Assembly (NCBI GenBank): GCA_030704615.1
Contig: CM060731.1
Location: 94,922,001 to 94,986,000 of the forward strand
Direction: 5' to 3'
From: Takakia lepidozioides
Taxonomy: Eukaryota > Plantae > Bryophyta
DNA: 64,000 nt
This document shows, piece after piece, positions 23,101 through 35,821 of this stretch. The position numbers and the translations under genes are program-made. The notes under the pieces were generated by a model. That model had not been told where the DNA came from. It saw nothing but the letters and a program-made list of their open reading frames with translations, and ran no database searches. Position 1 is the first letter of the stretch, and each line of letters begins with the position of its first letter.

Positions 23101-25222
23101 TGTCTCTGTTTTCCGCTGATTTCTTTCCTAAAGGGATTCAGATCCAAGCTATCTCAATTTTGAAGTTCCATCTGACCAATTTCAGGCTGTGCCTGCCAGC
23201 CCTCAGCGGCCCTGGCTACCATTAGAAAAAGGAAGGTGGCAGCCCTAAAAAAGTGCCTAAAAGTTTGCCAATCACGATTGGAGTCAACCTGATGTGATGA
23301 ACATACATACAATACCTATGTCCAGGCCAGATGCAACCTAGACTTCTACCATTAAATTCAGGAAAGAAAGCTCAAGCTTTAGGCTGGAGTCAACTGGTCT
23401 ACCAAAGGCGAGAAAATGACAATTTTTTTTTTTGATAAAACACGGCTTCGTAGGGCGGCACAAACCATTTCTGAACTTATTGACCAGCCTTCTGGATTAT
23501 CTGCCACCACCCCCAAGGCCATGGCTGAGCTTTCCAGCAAACACTTCCAGCAGTTATTCACAAGTGACCACGTTGACCTCACTCCATCTCCCCCTCAGAC
23601 GGCTTGTTTGGCCCATACACCCACAATCCTTACGGGTCAGAAAGCTTCATCTCTAGAAGGGGAACTATCTGAAACAGAGCTGGAAGAGGCCTTGCAAAAA
23701 TTACAAAACAATAAGTCCCCGGGGATGGCCAATGATGCAAAAGCTCAAAAGAAAACCCACCTACTGGGGCTCGAAGCACCTATCCCTTACAGGTCGGGTC
23801 TTGGTGGCTAACCAAATCGGCTCAGCTGAATTGTGGTATTACTCTTCATCTTGGCGTCCAGACTCCAAACAAGTCCAAGAGGCCAGACGCCTCCTTAGAA
23901 ACTTCATTTGGGGGGCACACAAAGCCACAGAAAACAAAAGACCACAAGTAGGTTGGAAGCAAATTTGCCTCCCCAAAAAGAAAGGAGGGCTGGGTGTCTT
24001 GGATTTGGAAACCCAGATCAATGCACTTCTTGGAAAATGGATCCCACGATTCCTAGGGCCTGAAGGAGGTTGCTGGAAATTTCTGGTCTATGACCATATC
24101 ATTGCTTCTTCCCCCCTCAAGGTGCCCCCTCAAGGTGCCCTCTTGGCAACCCTCGCTTCGTTGGATAGTCCATGGGTTCAACCTCAAGATAGCAGGGTCA
24201 CCTCTCTGGAACAACATCTGGCATGCATGAGGTAAGCTTATCAAGTATCTGATCAAAGCCCAGCCTTCCAACTTCTATGAAGTGCTCAGGCAACACCTTT
24301 TTCTAAATACAAACTCCCCGAACCCCTCTCAGCGCAACCATGCCAAACGTTGGTCTTGCTGGGACAAGCTGGGAATCAGCCAGATCAACAACATTTGGAA
24401 AAACAGGGCCCTCCAAGCCCTGGAATCGATCTCAGAACTGGTGGGGAAAGGTAGAGCGACTAGGGGATATCAAGACCTCATCTCATCTATAAACCCTCGA
24501 TGGTTAGTCATCCTTGGTTCAGGCCCCTCGGAGCTCGTGGACAATATGTGGGGCTTGGCCATTTACCAGGGTCAGTTGTCAATCCTATTTATCTAGTATG
24601 CCACACCACATCAACTCACTATCTTCTACTTTCATATCAATACAACAACTCTGGTGCTCACTCTTTCTTCAACCCTTCCTCAGTTCATAAAACCAATACC
24701 TCTAACCCCGATTAGGATCTACTGCTGGACTTCACCAGATAAAGCCTTCAATCCACTACCCCCGTTATCAGTCCCAGTCCATGACTGGCTAGCCTCTAAT
24801 ACCTTCGTTTGGATTCTTGGAAGGCCTTTGGCAGAGCTTGATATTGACCCTGTTGAGTGGTCCTGGACCTTCACCAGGTCGCTAGATCCCTTCTTTTCAT
24901 ACACAACAAAGAAATGATACAGGGTACTCTAAAAAACAGAACCAATGCTCACCAAGTGGGACTTGAAATGGGAAGCCCATGGATTTCGAGAAGAGAGGTG
25001 GTCTGTTATCTGGGGCTCGGTGTGGATCAAATCTCGTCCTGCAAAATTGTCTGCTTTTCTATGGCAAATTGTAAATCGAGTTCTTAAAGTAGGGGAGTGG
25101 CTCCAATTCTAGGCATCAGTCCTCTATGCGTGCTGCTTTACCGCGGTGCATGAAAGCCTGGAGCACTGTTTGCTCCACTGCCAAGCACCTTCCAAGATAT
25201 GGCCCCTGGTGAAATCCTTATA
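20185..25222 (+). mobile_element. L1-like LINE, 5' part (ORF1; ORF2 with the RT core deleted)
   Basis: ORF1: DUF4283-like WAIRHLG...KGRGFFSIVL and knuckle CFNCGQT. ORF2: W..KGEKMT.FFF, LQNNKSPGM, LSLTGRVLVANQ, VGWKQICLPKKKGGLGV, zf-RVT ESLEHCLLHC. Confidence 0.85.
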
Positions 25223-25519
25223 CCTAAACTGGAATGGTGACCACTGCCTGCTCTGTCAGTGATAAGGCCTCATCCTGCCCCATCATCCCTTCCTTGAGGA
25301 CTTCCTCAACCAGTGAAAAATCCCCAACATCATCCATCACCGCCGTCTTGGTTGCCAACTCCCTCTGAACCTTGAGCACCTCCCACGTGTGCCATGGATG
25401 CCTGCACCCCGTGGTCCTCAGCTCCTTGCCCCCACTTGCGGTCTGTACCGTCTCGGTAGGCAGAGAGACCATCAAGGGAAGTGTACTCCGCACTCTGCGC
25501 TGCTCAACCATAGCCAAGC

Positions 25520-26420
25520 TGATAATCCAGGTCAAGCAATTGAGATCCATTGCTTGCCCCAACACCTGACGACGGGATGCCTCAGAAAGAGATAGCACCG
25601 CAGTGGTACCAGTGGTAAAACCCATCGCCCGCTCACGCTCGTCGGCATTGGGCTCCACTAACTGTTGCAACTGAGCATCCCACAGGAGGCCAGGTCCACC
25701 ATCGCGGAAAGCGTGAGAACTTGGAAAGCTGAGCAGAGTAGGCAATGTTGCTCGTGGGTGACCCACCTTGTTGATCCTTGCCAAAGGTGACCGGTCATCA
25801 TGTCTTACACGTTGAGACTGTCTCCCCGTGTCCAAGATGCTCTCCACTGTCAGATGTGCTGGCCGTTGCACCCCATCAAATGCACGCTTGAGCAGTGCAG
25901 GTGGTATCAAGTTAGTCCACCATAGTCATGGGCGATGAGCCCGTGACCCCACTGCAACTGCATCCAGCAACACTGCTGATCCAATCACCCATCAATGACA
26001 TATTCTCCAAGATATATGCCGGAGAGTCTGCTTGCTGAAGTTGTAAATAACGTAGGACCCTCAACATCTCCCAAAACAGGCGTGACCTCGAGTCTTGTAA
26101 CCCATTGCCATGCCTAGCTGATGAATGCCCTTGGCAACGCCAACCTACTACTACCAAGTGAATAAGGCCAACCCGCTCCAAATCTTGCGCCCCCAGCAAA
26201 GAGATGTTTGCTGGCAAGGCTTGCTGGTATCGAACTGCAGACACCGGCAACAAATCAGGGTACTACTGCACCAACTGAGCAACATGGCGTAGTGAGACGC
26301 GTCGTGCAGTCTCATCCATCTCCACATACAGGTAACGCCAAATTCGGGCACCTGCCTGCAACATTGTAGCCAATCCAGTGCTGATCCCGCCAAACAAGTC
26401 CAGAAAGCATATGCCTTCAT
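25520..26420 (-). pseudogene. DNMT3-type C5 cytosine methyltransferase domain inside retrotransposon pol
   Basis: Motif I FLDLFGGISTG; II YVEMD; IV VGWRCQGHS (PC position); SRLFWEMLRVL; VI ILENM; VIII LDAVAVGSRAHRP*LWWTNL; IX-X ERERAMGF...RRQVLGQAMDL. Confidence 0.92.
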
Positions 26421-28573
26421 CCGGGCACTTCCACACAATAGGTATGATATCCAATGGTGACAATTGAGGTGGTCCTGGTGCAATCACTACACTTTCCTCC
26501 TCTCCTGACGGTACAAAGGCCTCTACCTAGGCTTGTTGCACCCGTCTATCAGCAGCCTACTGCAAATCCGTGCTCGTGCTCCACAATGGAATATGAGCAA
26601 CCATGGCAGACAACTCCACCATACCATGCATATTATCATGCTCTGCTGGAGGTGGCACATCTTCTGCATGAGCATTACCTTCTAGCAACTCTCCAGGCCA
26701 ACTCACTGCACCTATGAAGGCTGCTAGTATTGGCATCTTGCCTTGCTGGGCAGCTGCAACACCCCCAATGAATGTCATAGGGAGTTGCACACGACGGCCA
26801 TCCCTTGACTGCCATCCAAGCCTATACGAGGCCAACTCTTCCCCAAAATCTAGGGTGAAGCCCATGAGATATAATACTGCCCCACCAACCAACACATCAT
26901 ATGAAACTGCATCCATCACAATGGCCTTGGCTCGCATAACTGAGTCATCTGTAGGAGATCCAGCTGCAGTCTAATGAACAGCTCATGGCGTGTCATGTCT
27001 TGAGCCCTCTCTGATCCCCCCAGAGATGTCTATATCTGGAAAGGACAAGGCTCCATGTCCGCCTCTGTGAGCCCCAAACCTGCGATAGCAACTTTGCCCA
27101 GCATAAGTGGCTGAGTTCCCGAGTTCAGCAATACTTGTAGTGGCTGAAACCTTCTACCCATTGGCCCACTCAAACAAAAAACACCATCCTGGTTGTCCAA
27201 TAAAACAACTTCAGGTGTCACCATGGCGCGCTCAATGGCTGCTCCGTCAACCTGGCAGCTGCAGCTTGTCATGGTGCAGCCGTGGCAATCTTAACGCTCA
27301 AATCCAAGGATCCATTTGATACAACACCTTCCACTAACTCCGCAGAAGATGAAGTGATCTCCCCACTCTCACAGAGTGTCGCCGCCAGTCTGAACACTGC
27401 AGCTGGTCGTACGCTCGGCGTTGCAATCATGGTCGCCAAAAAACAATGGGGCCTAATACACAGATGTGGCCGCCCCTAACAGCACACTAGCTGCACTAGC
27501 TGCACTAGCCTTGGCAGCAAGTGTCGGTGCTGCACGTGTAGCTTTCCCCAATGGCACAATAATCTCTGCATCGGTATTAGTTGGACGAGAAGATGCCATG
27601 GATGGCGTCGACATTGTCTTCGCCAAGGTGAATGATTGAGGCAACCTGGCTTGACGGCTTGCCTCCCCACGCTGTGGATCCAACTCCACCTCTGCACCTC
27701 GTGGCTCATGAACTCGTGCTACTCCTCGAGTCACAGCTGCAGCAGAATCCACCTTCACAAATGGTCGTGATAGTGCTGCCCCGCACATAAATCCCATGCC
27801 TCCCATGTCTCCTCCGTCAGGATGATGCTGCTGAGGAGGAGCAGGAGGTGGATCCTTAGCTCTTGGAGCTGGTATCACCTAAGCTGTGGCCATGGCAGCA
27901 AACCTCTGCTCTAGCTGCTGAAGCCAGTTGGCCATGCCTTGGTCAATGCCCTGACCTCCACGACCTTGGCCATGTTGTGCTTGCCCTCATCCTCCACCTC
28001 ATGCCTGACCACCTCGTCCTCTCTGAGGTGCTTCACCTCACCCTCAGCCACCATTGTTCCCTTGGAACTGGCCTCGCCGCAACTCAGGGTGCAAGTCATA
28101 ACACTGGGCCTCTCCATGCCCATACTTGCCACAATGCCCACAATGGAACTGTGCAGGCTGTGCTTGTGCCAGCCCTTTGCCGCTTTCTGGGCAATCCTTC
28201 TTGACATGGGGTCCTCTACATGTCCAACACACCACCCCTGGTTGCTATTGGCCTGCAAAAGAAGCTACTGGCCTCTGCACCTGAGGTCCCCTGTAAACTC
28301 CATGGAATTTGGGTTGGGCAACCTTGCCCCCCTGACCACGCTGCGGTATAGTATGCTGTGTTTGTTGGTTAGCAAACACACCCCATGGCATGTTTTTGCC
28401 AAACCCAATGGTCACTACACGCTCTTCCACTATGTTTAGCTCAATCCGCTCAGCCAGCAGAAACACATATGCTAAGGTGGGTTGGGCCGCTTGTAACAGG
28501 GTTGCATCCCACACCCTTCTCCTGAGCTCCTTGTCCAAAATTCCATACCAGAATTGGACTACCTCAGCTTCAG

Positions 28574-29439
28574 TGTCGCGGCCCTTTGCCTTGAGGGCAG
28601 GGGGTCGGGACACATGAGGGGCTGCCCCTGTGGTGGGGGCAGTGGCAGCGATAGGTACGGGGGGCTGAAGCACCCTTGAGTGCCCAAAGCACTCAAGGGG
28701 GCGGAGGTGCTCACTATGTCGCGGCCCTTTGCCTTGAGGGCAGGGGGTCGGGACACATGAGGGACTGCCCCTGTGGTGCAATGGCAGCGATAGGTACGGG
28801 GGGCTGAAGCACCCTTGAGTGCCCAAAGCACTCAAGGGGGGCGGAGGTGCTCACTAGGTGGAGCCCCGCACACCGGGATGTGGTGGGGGTGGCTTCACAA
28901 AGGGGTGGTGGTAGCTTAGCGGGACTTAGTGGGGGTGGCATAGGACTCACCTTGGGGCGGAGACCTCGTGGTGGGAGTCGTGGGGAGTCTTGGGACTCAT
29001 CACGGTCCATAGGGGCCGTGGTGGGTGGGCCAAGACTCACCGCGACTCATCACCGGGAGTCGAGGGTTTTCGTGGTGGTTTGCCATAAAATGGCAGGGTT
29101 GTTTGTGAAACCCCCGCGGACAGCTACAGAAGTATATATAGGGAGTAGTAACCCCGAGAACGGTGCAAGCCCGTTGATGACCAAAAACTAGCGAGTAAGC
29201 GAGCGAGCCGGAAAGCGACCAAAGAGTGGGGAGCTGTTCCGGACTGCCAACTACCAAAGGGAATTCCCGCTGGTTCCAAATCGGTGGAGGGTTCTTTGGG
29301 AGAACAAAGGGGGACCGTTATGCCCCGGTGAGCAGCGAAGCTCCAAGTTGGTCCGGCGGCCAGGTTGGGAGTCAGGCGCGCGCATCAAAGCGAGTAACTA
29401 TGACTTGAGGGGGAGCTTACCGAAGTGAGGTGCGCGACA
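28574..29439 (+). repeat. 5' LTR of the chromovirus
   Basis: TG...CA ends. Near-identical to 34955-35821. Confidence 0.97.
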
Positions 29440-29441
29440 CT

Positions 29442-29453
29442 TGGTATCAGAGC
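29442..29453 (+). promoter_or_regulatory. Primer-binding site complementary to tRNA-iMet
   Basis: TGGTATCAGAGC, 2 nt after the 5' LTR. Confidence 0.95.
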
Positions 29454-29492
29454 TTAGAGTTCAGTACGTGATCATTTGGGATTGGCCTCATC

Positions 29493-32400
29493 ATGGGGTC
29501 GGGCAAGCCGAAGCGAAAGCGGAACGGCCCAAAAGATGATGATCCTGGTGAGCCCGATGGGGGCGACGTGTCACCGAGGCGGCCGTTTGAGGAAGCGATG
29601 CATGTTTCCGAAAACGAGGCCGCTCAAGAGCGGGAGGAATCCGAGGAGTCGGAGCCCGAGGAATCCTTGAGAGCTCCGACAAACCAAGAGATGCCTCCCA
29701 TGCCGGCAGCCTTTTGGGAAGGGTTGTTGGCGCAGTTTGGCGGGACGTTGAAAGACGTGTTGAAGGTGGCTAATGCCACTTCCACTAAGGCAAAGTTTAA
29801 GGTGAAGCCTAAGGAACCCGACACCTTTGAGGGCGTCCAAAATCGGAAGACACTCAACACCTGGCTCCTGGAGCTAGAGCAGTACTTCCGGGCGGCCAAG
29901 TTGAGTGACGAGGATCGGGTGGAAGTGACTCCCACCTATTTGAGGGGCTATGCTCAACAATGGTGGCAGAAACGCCTTCACGACCGAGGTCCAAGCCCGG
30001 AAACCTTGAACTGGAGTGGGTTCAAGGAATTGATGAAGAGACAGTTTGTGCCCCTCAACGCGTCCTGGCTTGCCCGGGACAAGATGAGGAATTTGAAGCA
30101 AACAGATGACATTCGGGGATATGTCCAGGCTTTCAATGTGCTTTTGCTCGAAGTCGCGGACATGGCAGAACCGGAAATGGTCTTCAACTTTGTGGCGGGA
30201 CTGGCCCCATGGGCCAGGCGGAAGTTGGAGGAGAAGCCACATAAGACTTTGAACGAGGCAATTGAGAGGGCTGAATGATTCTCGGATGTCCCTAGGGGTG
30301 AAAGACAAGGCCGTACGGAGCTGAACCACAAGAAGACCCGGTGGGAAGGTGACTCCTTCCGACCGGAAAAGAAGTGGGATAGGCCACGCGGCGACAATGG
30401 CACGTGGAAATCGAAGGGAGGGCCATCACAAATCAAGGCGGCACCCGGTGCTTCGAAAGGAAAAGCGGGTGGAGTGGCCTATGGCGGACAGAAGACAACC
30501 TTTGATGGAGTGTGTTTCAATTGTGGGGAGCCCAGGCACATGGCCAAGAAGTGTACGAAGCCCCGGCAATTGAACATGACTCGGGCGACCACAGAGCTGT
30601 CGGAAGATACCATCAGTCACTTGGTGGAAGCGGTGGTCGCCAGGACTTGCAAGGTAGGCAAATTTTCTTGTGAGTTGTATCAGGAAACTGGCACCTTACG
30701 TAAAGGAAGTCAGTGATTGTTCGTGGATGGGATAATATCCGGAACTAACGTGTCGTTGTTGGTGGACACAGGAGTGTCGCACTCCTTCATGACACCGGCA
30801 ACGGCACAAAAGCTGGGACTCCCGACAAGTGACGTGGGGACCTCTATTGAGGTGCGTTCTGCCAAAGGAGAACCACAATTGGCGACAAGGTTGGCGTTTG
30901 ATGTTCCTCTTCGACTGGGGAGTTGGGAGGGACGTGAGAACTTCACCATCTGCGAGATCGATGGAGTGGATCTCATTTTGGGGATGACCTTTTTGAGCAA
31001 ATCCAGAGCGGTCATAGATGGCCGCAAGAGAGTAGTCACGCTGCCATGTGGGAATGGTGGCGAGGACTTACGAGTGTCGGAAATGCCCAAACCCGTGGGA
31101 GGGCGAATAAACCTTCTGTCAGCAAGGGAGTGGGCTGTGGAGGAGGCACACGAGCCCCAGTTTTTGCTCTACATTAGAGAAGTGAAGGGAGAAGGCGATG
31201 GGGAGCCGAGCCCAGATTGGATCAAGGGGATTTTGGAGAAATACCTGGATGTGATGCCGGAGGATTTACCAAGCGGCTTGTCACTGCGAAGAGGAGTTGA
31301 CCACAAGATTGAGGTGATACCGGGATCGGAACTGCCTGCCAAGGCGCCCTACCGGTGAGCCACAGAGAGTTGGTCGAGCTGAAGACTCAGCTCAAAGATC
31401 TAATGTCAAAGGGGTACATCCGGCCGAGTAAGTCACCTTACGGAGCCCCGGTGCTATTTGCAGATAAAAAGGATGGGACGCTGCGGATGTGTGTCGATTA
31501 CATGGCTCTGAATAAGGTGACTATCAAAAACCGGTACCCTTTGCCAAGGATCGACGACCTCTTCGATCGGTTGGCAGGAGCGAAGTATTTCAGCCGGATG
31601 GACTTGCGCTCCGGCTATCATCAAATTTGGGTGGCAGAAGGAGATGAGGAGAAGACCGCGTGCAGGACAAGGTATGGTTCATATGAGTTCTTGGTGATGC
31701 CTTTTGGGCTCACCAATGCACCAACGACATTTAGCACGCTGATGAACAACCTTTTTCAGGAGTGGTTGGATGACTTTGTGATCGTGTACATCGACGACAT
31801 CTTGGTGTACTCGAAAACAAAGGAGGAGCACCTGGAGCACCTGAAAAGGGTGTTCCAAAAATTGCGAGAAGGGAAGCTGTATGCCAAAGCTTCAAAGTGC
31901 GTTCGGGGTCACAAAAGTGGAGTTCCTGGGGCATGTGATTACACACGATGTGATCAAAATGGATGACAGAAAGGTGAGGGCGATCTTGGACTGGGAGCCT
32001 CCGACTTCGGTCCCGGGAGTGCGATCCTTCCTAGGACTCGCCTCCTATTACCGGAAGTATGTGAGAAATTTTGCCAAGATCGCGGGGCCGTTGTCAGACC
32101 TTCTGTGTAAATCCAAAGTCTGGGTATGGAACACCTTGTGTGGCCAAGCTTTTGCTGAATTGAAGCAGCGGATGGCGGAAGCTCCAGTCTTGAAAATCCC
32201 GGAGTTCGATCGTCCGTTCAAGATACATACAGATGCGTCGGACTTCGCGATTGGGGGTGTACTGATGCAAGATGGACGTCCAGTGGCTTACGAAAGTAAG
32301 AAACTGAATGAAGTGGAGCGACGGTGGCCGACACACGAGAAAGAGATGAAGGCGGTGGTGCACTGTCTTGAGCTTTGGCGCCACTATGTTGGTTCCAACC

Positions 32401-34058
32401 CAGTGAAGGTGTTCACGGACAATGTCACGGTGAAGTATTTTGCCACGCAACCCAAGTTGTCCCCAAAACAACTTAGGTGGCAAGATACTTTGGCAGTGTT
32501 CGACGTGGATATACAGTACAAATCGGGACGAGACAACATGGTAGCCGATGCTTTAAGTAGAAAGCAGCAGCTCTTGTTGGTGTACAAGGGCGAGACGTCG
32601 CTCCAAAGGAAGATCCAGAAGGCTTGCCGGAAGGATGAGCTGGCGAAGTCCGTGATGCAGGACTTGAGGATGGGGGTTAAATCGCAGTTCCACTTGCAAA
32701 ATGGACTGCTCCGGTATAAGCAAAAGCGTCTCTACGTGCCGAAGGGAGGGATCAGAGATAGCCTCTTGAGAGAATGCTATGATAGCCCGCTTGCGGGCCA
32801 CGGCGGAGCCAAGTGCACTGCGGCACTCTTGAAGAAAGAGTATTTCTGGCCCAAACTGAGGGAGGAGGCAGAGGAGTATGTCAAGACATGCACCACATGC
32901 CAACAAAACCGGAGCGAGTACAAAAAGCAAGCGGGGCTGTTACAACCCTTGCCGATTCCAGAGGGGACTTGGGAAAGCGTCTCGATGGATTTCATGACTA
33001 CTATGCCGCTGTCAAAAGGATTCGATGCAATCATGGTGGTGGTGGTGGATAGGTTCAGTAAAATGGGTCATTTCATCCCCACCAAGGAGACGGCAACGGA
33101 GCAGGAAACAGGGCGACTTTACTTCGCCCACGTCTTAAAAGCATCATGGAGTCCCAAAGGATATTGTCTCGGACCGCGATCCAAAGTTTACGAGTAAATT
33201 TTGGAGAGCACTTTGGAAGAAGATGGGGACGAGGCTGAAGATGAGCACCGCCTTCCGACCTACGACCAACGGCCAAACAGAAAGAGTGAATTCCGTAGTA
33301 AAGCAGATCTTGCGGAATTACGTGTCGGCAGACCAAACAGACTGGGTGGAACACTTAGACGCGGCAGAGTTCTGTTATAATAACACAGAACACTCCGCAA
33401 CGGGAGTTTCCCCTTTTGTATTGGTCTATGGAAAAGCACCTCTGGTGCCGACAAGTTGGGCCGCCCAGGACGTTGAGGAACCGGCAGTAGCGGCGGTACT
33501 AGAAGAACGCGAACGTTTGTGGAAGCTCGCAAAGTACAACATTGCCAAAGCTAGGAAACAGTATGAAAGGCAGACGAATCGGAAGCGGAGGGAAGTGAAG
33601 TTTGAGGCAGGCACGGAGGTCTGGTTGAACATCAAGAATTTCCGACTACCTCCGGAAGTGAGTCCAAAGTTCGTACCTCCGTATGCGGGACCCTTTCGCA
33701 TCCGGAAGGTTATGAATGAGGATGTGTATGAATTGGAGCTGCCGGCAAACAGCAAGGTGCATCCAGTATTTCACGTCTCCCTTTTGAAGCCTTACTTCAA
33801 AGATGAAGCGCGTCCGAATCGGCATCAAGTGTTGCGTCCGCCACCTGTGCTGTTGGATCATGAAAATGAACCTGAGTATGAGGTGGAGGCAGTACTTAAG
33901 TCGAGGAGGTTTAAGAACCGAGAAACGGAGTATCTCGTCACATGAAAGGGCTATCATCATGTGGAGGCATCTTGGGTGCGTGCCTCAGAAATGGGAAACG
34001 CATCCGAGGCGGTTGCAATTTTTGAAGGACGACCTCAAAAGCGGAAGAAGCGTTGATG
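29493..34058 (+). pseudogene. gag-pol: Chromovirus gag-pol, disrupted by several stops and frameshifts
   Basis: PDTFEG gag; CFNCGEPRHMAKKC; LVDTG; YIDDILVYS; TDASDFAIG; integrase SMDFM/DRFSKM/GQTERVN; YAGPF; chromodomain EYEVEAVLKSR...EYLVT*KGY...ASWV. Confidence 0.95.
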
Positions 34059-34954
34059 GGGACATCAACCTTGGAGCGTGGGGGAGGAAATGCATGCTTA
34101 GCCCGGCTTAGCTAACTCAGGAATCCGATTGCAAAAACTTGTATTGTACAAAAATTTGTTATAAAGGAAAGGGGTTCCAAATGTTGTGCGTCCTATTTTG
34201 TTTGGAATGGTGATGCATGGTGTGGTTGGCTAGTGTGTAGAATGCATGCTAGCTTACAAAAGTGGGAGAGGTAAATTGGGTTAATTGTGTGTTTGCGCAG
34301 TGCCGAGATCGGGTGACTCCCATCCAAGGGGCAAGGAAACATGCGCCTTCTTTGGGAGTTCACGTGCTAGTGCGCACCTGGCGCGTGCGCGCTGCGCTAC
34401 CAAGGTGGTTGCCTTGTAGTGCGGGCTAACGCGGAAGCTATGTGCTTCCGTCCACGTACTATAATCGTGTAGCCTCGGGACGAACTCGTAGTGCGGCTTC
34501 GACGTGTTCCCATACCTTAGGCCGACATTCCAAGACGGACCCAATTGTAGTGATTGGGGCGCACGGTTGGTTCAAGGTTATCTTCCTAGTCAAAGTGGGT
34601 TCGAGGTGAACCCTTGCGCAAGGTGATGCCAAAGGCGGCATCATGAGCGATCGCAAGCAATGTTGTTGCAGTAAGGCGATTCGATCCTCGGGGAGGATCG
34701 TTCCTTGGCCTTGAAGTAGGCCAAGAAGAGTGCACTGGGAGGAGCTTGAGAGGCTCCACCCCTGGCCGGGACTTGGAGGAAGTCGGCCGAACTAGCTAGT
34801 GGAGAGTAGAGTCAAGTGTGGAGTTTGGTTCTTTGCCATGGGATGCCATGGTACGGAAACAAACTCCTTGATGTGCGACGCCACAACTTGGATGTTTGTT
34901 TCTACAAAATGGACAAGTCGATGAGGACATCGACTCCCTGTTGGTAGGGGTGTG

Positions 34955-35821
34955 TGTCGCGGCCCTTTGCCTTGAGGGCAGGGGGTCGGGACACATGAGG
35001 GGCTGCCCCTGTGGTGGGGGCAGTGGCAGCGATAGGTACGGGGGGCTGAAGCACCCTTGAGTGCCCAAAGCACTCAAGGGGGCGGAGGTGCTCACTATGT
35101 CGCGGCCCTTTGCCTTGAGGGCAGGGTATCGGGACACATGAGGGACTGCCCTTGTGGTGCAATGGCAGCGATAGGTACGGGGGGCTGAAGCACCCTTGAG
35201 TGCCCAAAGCACTCAAGGGGGGCGGAGGTGCTCACTAGGTGGAGCCCCGCACACCGGGATGCGGTGGGGGTGGCTTCACAAAGGGGTGGTGATAGCTTAG
35301 CGGGACTTAGTGGGGGTGGCATAGGACTCACCTTGGGGCGGAGACCTCGTGGTGGGAGTCGTGGGGAGTCTTGGGACTCATCACGGTCCATAGGGGTCGT
35401 GGTGGGTGGGCCAAGACTCACCGCGACTCATCACCGGGAGTCGAGGGTTTTCGTGGTGGTTCGCCATAAAATGGCAGGGTTGTTTGTGAAACCCCCGCGG
35501 ACAGCTATAGAAGTATATATAGGGAGTAGTAACCTCGAGAACGGTGCAAGCCCGTTGATGACCAAAAACTAGTGAGTAAGCGAGCGAGCCGGAAAGCGAC
35601 CAAAGAGTGGGGAGCTGTTCCGGACTGCCAACTACCAAAGGGAATTCCCGCTGGTTCCAAATCGGTGGAGGGTTCTTTGGGAGAACAAAGGGGGACCGTT
35701 ATGCCCCGGTGAGCAGCCGAAGCTCCAAGTTGGTCCGGCGGCCAGGTTGGGAGTCAGGCGCGCGCATCAAAGCGAGTAACTATGACTTGAGGGGGAGCTT
35801 ACCGAAGTGAGGTGCGCGACA
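34955..35821 (+). repeat. 3' LTR of the chromovirus
   Basis: Near-identical to the 5' LTR and followed by the TSD. Confidence 0.97.

Larger units (their letters stand above)
28574..35821 (+). mobile_element. Full-length Ty3/gypsy chromovirus with both LTRs and a 5-bp TSD (TTCAG)
   Basis: LTRs 28574-29439 and 34955-35821 (TGTCGCG...CGCGACA). TSD TTCAG at 28569-28573 and 35822-35826. Domain order gag-PR-RT-RH-IN-chromodomain. Confidence 0.97.

Noticed and set aside
25520-26420. Host DNMT3/DRM gene or bacterial contamination
   Set aside because: The domain is intronless and continuous with gag and protease, has the canonical (non-DRM) motif order, and is embedded among plant TEs.
28559-29408. 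ORFs overlapping the chromovirus LTRs (also 34792-35810)
   Set aside because: GC-rich LTR sequence with no protein motifs. The duplicates simply reflect LTR identity.
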